Shown one piece after another: positions 57,711 to 64,000 of a stretch of 64,000 nucleotides of DNA. Under the pieces are notes generated by a model that was given only the letters and a program-made list of their open reading frames with translations, had not been told where the DNA came from and made no database searches. The translations under genes and the position numbers were made by a program. Origin of the DNA: Opitutaceae bacterium (lineage in GTDB: Bacteria > Verrucomicrobiota > Verrucomicrobiia > Opitutales > Coraliomargaritaceae). How positions within the stretch are numbered: position 1 is the first letter of the stretch; each line of letters opens with the position of its first letter. Location of the stretch: the NCBI GenBank assembly GCA_051252375.1, contig JBPOFY010000004.1:128001-192000 (forward strand). Direction: 5' to 3'.

Positions 57711-58424
57711 ATGTCTCTCATAAACCAAGCACTTCGCAAAGCCCAGCGCGACCGCACACCCAACCGCATGGCGCAACCGGGTCAACCCGGTCAAGCACCC
57801 ATGGGTCCAAGCGGCTCAAGCAATCAGATGAAACCTGGTCTCATCGTCGGTCTCATTGCGGTCGTCGCCCTACTGATCGGCGTCATCGCAGGGCTCACCA
57901 TCGTCGTCTTTAAAAGCGATGCCCCGACAACTACCACCGCAGCCGCGCCAGCAGAAACCATCACCCCAGCGCCGCCGGTAGAAACCACAACACCGATCGC
58001 ACCAGCGCAGACACCTCTTGCTGCAGCTCCAACCGTTGCTCCAACTCCAGCTGTCGAAAACAATCACACCCAGAGCCCCAGCGTGCTCGGAGAACTTCAA
58101 ATTGCCCGCGAAGCGGCCGAGGCAAAAGCCGCAGCCGAAGCAAAAATCGCCAAAGCAGCCGAGGACGCACGCCTCGCCGCCGAAGCTGAAGCAGCCCGCC
58201 TCGCGGCAGCCCAGCCAAGCAATGATATCATCGACTGGCTCAGCCAAGCCAAGGTCACTGGTGTCCGCCTTTCAGAATCCGGCAGTAAAGTCATACTCAA
58301 CGGCAAAGCCTACTCCGTCGGTGAAACCGTCCACTACGGCCTCGGCCTCAAAGTGCTCGTCGTCCAAGAGCAACGCATCCTCTTTATCGACAACAACGGC
58401 AAGAAATACATGAAGCGCCTGTAG
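57711..58424 (+). CDS. ExeB/GspB-like membrane protein
   Basis: MSLINQALRKAQ N-terminus, TM helix, Pro/Ala/Thr linker and C-terminal VILNGKAYSVGE domain; follows exeA. Confidence 0.7.
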   Translation: MSLINQALRKAQRDRTPNRMAQPGQPGQAPMGPSGSSNQMKPGLIVGLIAVVALLIGVIAGLTIVVFKSDAPTTTTAAAPAETITPAPPVETTTPIAPAQTPLAAAPTVAPTPAVENNHTQSPSVLGELQIAREAAEAKAAAEAKIAKAAEDARLAAEAEAARLAAAQPSNDIIDWLSQAKVTGVRLSESGSKVILNGKAYSVGETVHYGLGLKVLVVQEQRILFIDNNGKKYMKRL

Positions 58425-58429
58425 CTGGT

Positions 58430-58537
58430 AGGTCTCACACGGAGGCACGCAGCGACTCTGATCGACTAAACCCCGTTGCAAAGCAACGAGGCCACGGAAA
58501 GCCACTTTTGCTTGTAGCCTCGAAGCTCAGCTTCGGG
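58430..58537. repeat. Composite REP-like cluster (modules D, C)
   Basis: Shares sequence with 52658-52676 and 481-590; includes GTAGCCTCGAAGCTCAGCTTCGGG. Confidence 0.75.
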
Positions 58538-58586
58538 CAGCCTCTCCTCTCTCCCCGTTTTCCATCTTACTCTCCGTGCCATGCAT

Positions 58587-58619
58587 AAAAAAAACCCACG
58601 GCTTACACCGTAGGTTTTT
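58587..58619 (-). terminator. Rho-independent terminator after the HU gene
   Basis: AAAAAAAACCCACGG-cttaca-CCGTAGGTTTTT. Confidence 0.75.
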
Positions 58620-58643
58620 GAAATCTATTGAGTGGGGAAACTC

Positions 58644-58919
58644 TTAGAGGATGGCTTTGAGGCCAGCACCTGCTTTGAACTTCACTGACTTGGAAGCTTT
58701 GATGCGGATCTTTTCACGAGTTTGTGGGTTGATGCCATCACGAGCTGCGCGCTTAGTTACGGAAAATGTGCCGAAACCGATAAGTTGAACGTTTTTGTCC
58801 TTCTTGATACCCTTTTTCACACCTTCGAGAACGGCTTCAATCGAACGTTCTGCTGCTGCTTTGGATGTATCTTTACCGAGGGATTTTTGCACTTCTGCAA
58901 TAAGTTCTGCTTTGTTCAT
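58644..58919 (-). CDS. hup: HU family DNA-binding protein
   Basis: MNKAELIAEV..VQLIGFGTFSV..RAARDGINPQT..KFKAG. Confidence 0.97.
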   Translation of the reverse strand: MNKAELIAEVQKSLGKDTSKAAAERSIEAVLEGVKKGIKKDKNVQLIGFGTFSVTKRAARDGINPQTREKIRIKASKSVKFKAGAGLKAIL

Positions 58920-59042
58920 AGATATTATATTTTTGTTGAGGTTGTATGGTCACTTGACCGCCTATGAGAAGACGTTTGAAAAAATGGATCGTCAATAGAA
59001 AATCCGCGTTAAACCCTATTTTTTAGCAGGTTTAAGCCGTAT

Positions 59043-59273
59043 TTATGACTGCGATTCGCTCTCATAGCCGGACCCATCGCCACTACGCGCTTGAACCACC
59101 TGTTTCAATAGGGTCTCCGTGGCCTCCACTAACGAAATTTTTCGCTCTTCCGCAATTTGTGCGGCACGTTTCAAAAGCTGCGCAGCCATCACTTTTGCTT
59201 GCGCGGCATCGGCTCCTAAATTGACAAAAAGTTGAGTCACTCCGTCGAGTGTTGCGTCCTCCGATTCGCTCAT
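59043..59273 (-). CDS. Small hypothetical protein
   Basis: 76-aa helical ORF whose start overlaps the ygfZ stop (ATGA). Confidence 0.7.
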   Translation of the reverse strand: MSESEDATLDGVTQLFVNLGADAAQAKVMAAQLLKRAAQIAEERKISLVEATETLLKQVVQARSGDGSGYESESQS

Positions 59274-60199
59274 CCCTCGCCTCCTTTCAAATCACGAAAA
59301 ACTCGCTCAACCAAAACAGTTCCCGCATCCGAGGAAAGCGTATCGCCGACACCCGCAAATCGATGCTTCAAAATCGCCACACCGAGCCAGCCACTATCCG
59401 ACACAACAGCTGATCGCAGCTCACCCACCGCCTTCTTTTCGCTATTATATATAGGGAGCGGACATTCCGGCGCGGCCCCCGCGCCAGAAACTGCAAACAA
59501 GGTGCGTTGCGGACGACCTACATTGTGCATCCGCGCGACCACTTCCTGGCCGAGGTAGCAGCCCTTGGTAAACGAGATCGCATCCAGCTCCATGCCGCCC
59601 TCACCGGGCATATCCGCGGGACCGATGTCGACCGGAACCAGCGGCACACCTGCCGCCATACGCTCCAGTTCCATCTGCTCGCGGGTAAGCATCGCCACGC
59701 CCTGCGCGGATAGCACTGCCCGCACTCGATCGGCCGCAGCCGCATCGAGACAAAGCAGTTCCACACTTGGAGTCTTCGAACGACGCCCCAAACAAACAAT
59801 TATTTGCTCAGCCTGAACAAATTGCCCCTTCGTAGGAACGGAAAGATTCAGTGCCGCCAAGACCGGTTCAAAAGCACCGACCAAGGCAAAGCCCACAAGC
59901 GCCTCCCCAGTCTCAATCACCACATCGTCTGCAATGATGTGCCGCTCCAGCTTCTCCACAAGCGCGGCCGCCTCGGAAGTTTCACTGATCAATCGAAACG
60001 ACTCCTCGCCCTCGCAGAGCACCGTGCTATCTGCGATCACTTTGCCCTTCACATCCAACCAAAGACCATAGGTTGCGCGCCCGGCTTCAAAAGGTCGCAG
60101 TTCATTCGTGAACTGACTCTGCAAAAAATCCGCCGCATCCTCATCCGATACCAGAAGGTGCGTGCGTGTCGTGTATTCGTATCCAAAAACTGATTCCAT
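59270..60199 (-). CDS. ygfZ: Folate-binding Fe-S/tRNA-modifying protein YgfZ
   Basis: DAADFLQSQFTN and the signature ISFTKGCYLGQEVVARM. Confidence 0.92.
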   Translation of the reverse strand: MESVFGYEYTTRTHLLVSDEDAADFLQSQFTNELRPFEAGRATYGLWLDVKGKVIADSTVLCEGEESFRLISETSEAAALVEKLERHIIADDVVIETGEALVGFALVGAFEPVLAALNLSVPTKGQFVQAEQIIVCLGRRSKTPSVELLCLDAAAADRVRAVLSAQGVAMLTREQMELERMAAGVPLVPVDIGPADMPGEGGMELDAISFTKGCYLGQEVVARMHNVGRPQRTLFAVSGAGAAPECPLPIYNSEKKAVGELRSAVVSDSGWLGVAILKHRFAGVGDTLSSDAGTVLVERVFRDLKGGEG

Positions 60200-60335
60200 T
60201 GCCTATGAGATACGCCCGCTTCAAGACGATTTCAACCCTACGATCTCAATCATAGTCTTAATCTTAATCCTAATCGAAGCGTCGACCCCAGTCGCCCATT
60301 GCCCGATCTCAAAAACCCAACACAGGACCCACAGA

Positions 60336-60420
60336 CTGGATGGCAATGCTCCGTCATTGCCGCAACGACCAAAGATAAGCCACAAACGTTCTGCGGTTGC
60401 GACGGAGCGCAGCCCTCCAG
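60336..60420. repeat. REPIN-like inverted pair related to 50909-50977
   Basis: CTGGATGGCAATGCTCCGTCATTGCCGCA ... TGCGGTTGCGACGGAGCGCAGCCCTCCAG. Confidence 0.85.
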
Positions 60421-60457
60421 TTCACGTGTCCGCAGTGAGTTCGTCCAACACTAGCGC

Positions 60458-60817
60458 CTATTCAAATGCGTGCCCTTCGGCGGTCTTAGTCCCACAATAG
60501 AAACAGGAACCTCGCTGCGTATTCGTTTTCCGTCCACAGTTCTTACAGCTCACAACCTGACCGCCGATCTTGCCATCGGCACTACCGTCACGCAGATCAA
60601 TTTCTAAGATCTTATTTTCCAACTCTTCGTCCGAAACCCCTAGCCGTTCTTGGACAATCTCCAAAAGGGCTTGAGAGACCAACGCCATCTTCTCTTGTTT
60701 CTTAATCAGCTTGTAATACGAGTCCTGCACCCGCGAAGCTTTCTCAGCAGCAGTGCCTGCTGTTCTCTCAGCTTGGTTTATTTTAGCGTATTGGTGTGCA
60801 TCAACGAAGAAGTCCAT
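60458..60817 (-). CDS. Hypothetical protein with coiled coil and C-terminal zinc ribbon
   Basis: EIDLRDG..DGK then CKNCGR..CFYCG. Start moved to ATG 60817. Confidence 0.8.
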   Translation of the reverse strand: MDFFVDAHQYAKINQAERTAGTAAEKASRVQDSYYKLIKKQEKMALVSQALLEIVQERLGVSDEELENKILEIDLRDGSADGKIGGQVVSCKNCGRKTNTQRGSCFYCGTKTAEGHAFE

Positions 60818-60873
60818 AAGTGTATTTTTTAAGTGTAGAATGTGGAAATCATCAGCGAGCTGAGCGAGTGCGA

Positions 60874-61935
60874 TCAAGGCCTAATCTCTACAGTATTTGT
60901 GAGCAGAGGAGCGCCGCTCTTTGCGGAGAGCAATTGCATCTTGATCAAACGCTCTTCCCAATTGATTTCCAACCAGCCAAAATGTGGCTGATCGATGAGT
61001 TCTCCGACCCGTAGGCTGTTGTCTTCTTTGCCGGGATAGCAGGCGTTAAAACTACTGGCTGTAAGATCGAACAACGGGCGTTCGCTGGCAGGATTCAGAA
61101 CAGAAAACTCACCGCGATGCCGGTCACCTGACAAGAATACAGTGGTCCCTTTTGTTTCACTGATGACACGAAGCAGTCGCTCCCGGTCATCAGGAAACAT
61201 CCCCCATCGCCTCCACGAATGTTCATTGGAAAGCACTTGAATTCCAGATCCCACGATACGGACTTCAGCTTCACTCTTGAGCTGTGCTTCAAACCATTTC
61301 CATTGCTCTTCGCCCATCAGTGTTTTTCCCGGCTGTGGTGCAAACTGTTCCTTTCTTGACCCTTCCTGAAACGGATCGCGAAATCGCTGTAAGTCCAACA
61401 TGATTACTTGAACGCGATGGGGTTCCTCACCAAAAATCCATGCTCCGTAAATACCGCTCCGCGAGCGACGAACATCTGTTTTTTGAATCGAAAAATGGTC
61501 AAGAAACAGTTGCTCGGACTCCTCTGCATGAGGATGTAGTCGACCAGGATATTTATCCCCATAGTCGTGGTTATCCCAAGTTGGGAACGTAGGGATCTTC
61601 TGGCGAAAAGCGCCATACTGGGGAATAGCCGCCAATCCATCGTAGGCTTTTTTCAAACGCACCGGATCTGAGGTGTTCCCATAGTGATTGTCTCCCAGCA
61701 GCAGCATAATGTCAGGCTCCTGGACTCGAATCACATCCCAAAAGCCTTGATCCCGCTTAGGTTTGTTGCACGAACCGAACGCAATCTGGCGAATCGACTG
61801 GTCTGCATAAATTCCATCTGCCAGAAATTCGGCTGATGGCTCAGAGGGCTGATTCTCAGCCATCCCAGAACAGGGCACAGTCATGACTGAGAGAATTCCT
61901 AGGCTTAATACTTTTGTCAGAATGTAATTAAACAT
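60874..61935 (-). CDS. phoD: Alkaline phosphatase D family protein
   Basis: IAFGSCN, LLGDNHY, WDNHDY, GEEQWKW and LSGDRH; signal peptide. Confidence 0.9.
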   Translation of the reverse strand: MFNYILTKVLSLGILSVMTVPCSGMAENQPSEPSAEFLADGIYADQSIRQIAFGSCNKPKRDQGFWDVIRVQEPDIMLLLGDNHYGNTSDPVRLKKAYDGLAAIPQYGAFRQKIPTFPTWDNHDYGDKYPGRLHPHAEESEQLFLDHFSIQKTDVRRSRSGIYGAWIFGEEPHRVQVIMLDLQRFRDPFQEGSRKEQFAPQPGKTLMGEEQWKWFEAQLKSEAEVRIVGSGIQVLSNEHSWRRWGMFPDDRERLLRVISETKGTTVFLSGDRHRGEFSVLNPASERPLFDLTASSFNACYPGKEDNSLRVGELIDQPHFGWLEINWEERLIKMQLLSAKSGAPLLTNTVEIRP

Positions 61936-62143
61936 GGATTGCGTGTTTTTCGTATAACGTCGAAGATGGACCCGTCGTTAGACGTTGTCCAGTAGCGACT
62001 GCCTAGAGCGGGAAGGTATGACACAACTCATTCGCAATGATATATTCTATATTCTATATTCTAAGCAATCACTTCAGATTGCACACAGGACAGTTATTAA
62101 CGATGCATCTGGATATGCTACCACTTACAATAACACATGAAAG

Positions 62144-62219
<76 letters not shown>

Positions 62220-62459
62220 GATTGGAAAATGGGTAGCAAAAGGGTATTTCTACGCACGTCGAACAATTTCGCCGTTAATCCTAAATTCAGAAGTTGGAAG
62301 CTAGGAGTTAGCAGTTAGGGCATTATTATCAAGAGCTCACTATGGAAACATCCATCGCGAAATTGGCGAAAGTGCTCAAATTTACAAACCATTGCCTCTC
62401 AGTCACTAACTTCTAACTACTGTTTCCTAACTCCTCTTTTAAGGTTAAAGTAGGCGGAC

Positions 62460-63008
62460 TCAGTATTGACCGTTTTCTCGGCGCTCTAGCTCAGCAAGTT
62501 CTTCCTGAGCTTTGGCGATACGCTCTTGAGCCTCTTGGATGCGACGTGCGCGGGCTTGAGATTCTTCGTAGGCCTTCTTCTTGGCGGCGAGTTCAGCTTC
62601 GACTCGAGCGGCTTCACGCTCGGCGGCAGCTACGTCCGATGAAGTCGCTTTACGGGCGATCGCGTCGCGAACCTTCTGTGCCTCAAGTGCCTTAATGTCT
62701 TCTTCGAGCTTATTTTGCTCACGGACTTCTTGCTCATACTCGTATTGGCGCTGCGCTTCGGCAGCTTCGAGCTCTTCTTTGCGCTTGTCCAATTCGTTAC
62801 CAGCCATGCCGCCGATGGCACCTCCGATAACTGCGCCTGCGATGACATTTCCATCGCCACCGTCACCCATTTGGTGCCCTGCGATGCCGCCTAAGATCGC
62901 ACCGGCAATGATACCGATGTCGCGCTTTTGTGTGCCGCTATTGGATGCGCAACCACTGAAGATCAACGCGAGAACTAGTAAAACGGGTGTAATTGAAAAT
63001 TTAATCAT
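62460..63008 (-). CDS. Glycine-zipper lipoprotein with C-terminal coiled coil
   Basis: Lipobox FSG|C; GAILGGIAG..GAVIGGAIGGMAG; E/A/R-rich tail. Confidence 0.85.
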   Translation of the reverse strand: MIKFSITPVLLVLALIFSGCASNSGTQKRDIGIIAGAILGGIAGHQMGDGGDGNVIAGAVIGGAIGGMAGNELDKRKEELEAAEAQRQYEYEQEVREQNKLEEDIKALEAQKVRDAIARKATSSDVAAAEREAARVEAELAAKKKAYEESQARARRIQEAQERIAKAQEELAELERRENGQY

Positions 63009-63065
63009 AAGAAATACTTTAAAGGCCTATATTTAGAATGCAATCCACAGCTGCAATCCACTCAT

Positions 63066-63692
63066 CTAAAATCCATTCACGCTGACAGGTGCTCTTTCCA
63101 ATAAATCATTGGTCTTCAGTTCGGCGAGACCGATATCAATCTTGGCATCTACGAAAAGAAGGCTGTCTCCACCCATCTTCTTCGCTCGAACAGAGCCGTC
63201 ACTACTTACCATTTCATAACCAAAAGCACTCGGCTCGAGTTCCTCTTTCTCGATTTTCTTCCAACCTGAGCCACCGCCTTGTAAAGCAATGAGGTAATTC
63301 ATCTCATACTCGCTCATCGATTGGCTGCGTTTGTAAACCTCCAGGACTGACTTGCCGCCCACATAGAGGACATGCACATCCCACCCTGGCTGCACTCGTT
63401 TATCTTCCAACTCAGATGCCATTGGGCGACGTCCATCTGCCGTCTTGTAATAAATCCGCACATCCGTGGAGCTGGTCATAAAATCAAGATACTTGTTGTA
63501 AGGCATTCCTTTGCGTCGGCTGCTTTCCACAGTAGCATCACGATAAATGATACCGCCAGAGCCGAATAAGCGGCGCTCAATCGCCTCCTTCGACTCTCCC
63601 ACCCGGGCGTCCGCGGTGTAAGGGCTCATAATAATGACTGCGATGCTTGCCAATAAGGTGGCGAGCGCTCCTTGCAATGTGGGGTATTTCAT
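63066..63692 (-). CDS. Secreted hypothetical protein
   Basis: 208-aa ORF with signal peptide (..TADA|RVGES). Confidence 0.75.
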   Translation of the reverse strand: MKYPTLQGALATLLASIAVIIMSPYTADARVGESKEAIERRLFGSGGIIYRDATVESSRRKGMPYNKYLDFMTSSTDVRIYYKTADGRRPMASELEDKRVQPGWDVHVLYVGGKSVLEVYKRSQSMSEYEMNYLIALQGGGSGWKKIEKEELEPSAFGYEMVSSDGSVRAKKMGGDSLLFVDAKIDIGLAELKTNDLLERAPVSVNGF

Positions 63693-63747
63693 TATTGAGA
63701 TAAGACAGCGAAAAACCCTGACTGTTCAAGATAAACCAGCCCACCGC

Positions 63748-64000
63748 ATGAAGAACACCTTTTATAACAGCTTTGACCTCGAACGCCCCGAGAGCACCCC
63801 TAGCACCGAAGGTGACCATCGTAATGCATTTCAGATCGAGCGGGACCGCATCATTTTCTCCTATCCTTTCCGACGCCTCCAATCGAAGACGCAGGTCTTT
63901 CAGTCTGGCGAATATGACTTTTACCGCACCCGCCTAACCCACTCCATAGAAGTCGCCAAAATCGGTCGCTCTATCTGCGAATACCTCCGAGCTAGTGCCG
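63748..64000 (+). CDS. dgt: dGTP triphosphohydrolase (5' partial)
   Basis: Manual translation: [50 protein letters not shown]; runs off the window edge. Confidence 0.92.
   Translation, partial: MKNTFYNSFDLERPESTPSTEGDHRNAFQIERDRIIFSYPFRRLQSKTQVFQSGEYDFYRTRLTHSIEVAKIGRSICEYLRASA

Noticed and set aside
63748..64000. dGTPase as an anti-phage defence gene
   Set aside because: Only the 5' end is visible, the context is housekeeping, and there are no neighbouring defence genes.

Overview
A 64 kb bacterial window with strong Verrucomicrobiota (Opitutales-like, Coraliomargarita/Lentimonas-type) hallmarks: a PEP-CTERM protein, PilX-like giant pilin genes, many sulfatases and a eukaryote-type UDP-sugar pyrophosphorylase. 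The taxon is inferred from gene content only. Layout: (1) 1-15 kb, a minus-strand fucose/sulfate glycan locus (2 GH29, a GH141-like beta-helix enzyme, 3 sulfatases) bracketed by two paralogous pilin-like genes. (2) 15.4-39.7 kb, a divergent alpha-glucan locus with an MFS maltose transporter, MalQ, a tandem GH13-CBM48-GH13 enzyme, a PEP-CTERM protein, a LacI regulator, a 2806-aa GH13 + GH57-like fusion and two more GH13s. Six copies of a candidate operator (NYNRACWGTTGAA) sit in its promoter regions, and there is no SusC/SusD or TonB-dependent receptor in the window. (3) 39.9-44.6 kb, a DUF3450-ExbB-ExbB-ExbD-TPR motor cluster with a likely tonB deletion scar. (4) A modular sulfatase, tRNA-Pro with a small 3'-end element, and a TPR/ExbB cluster carrying a codon-aligned REP hairpin inside a CDS. 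(5) Housekeeping genes (phospho-sugar mutase, UDP-sugar pyrophosphorylase, FtsB-like, ExeA/B-like, HU, YgfZ, PhoD, tRNA-Ile2, partial dGTPase). Three secreted proteins share an unnamed C-terminal domain ending in [RK]FY. All family assignments come from motif recognition by eye; no searches were run.
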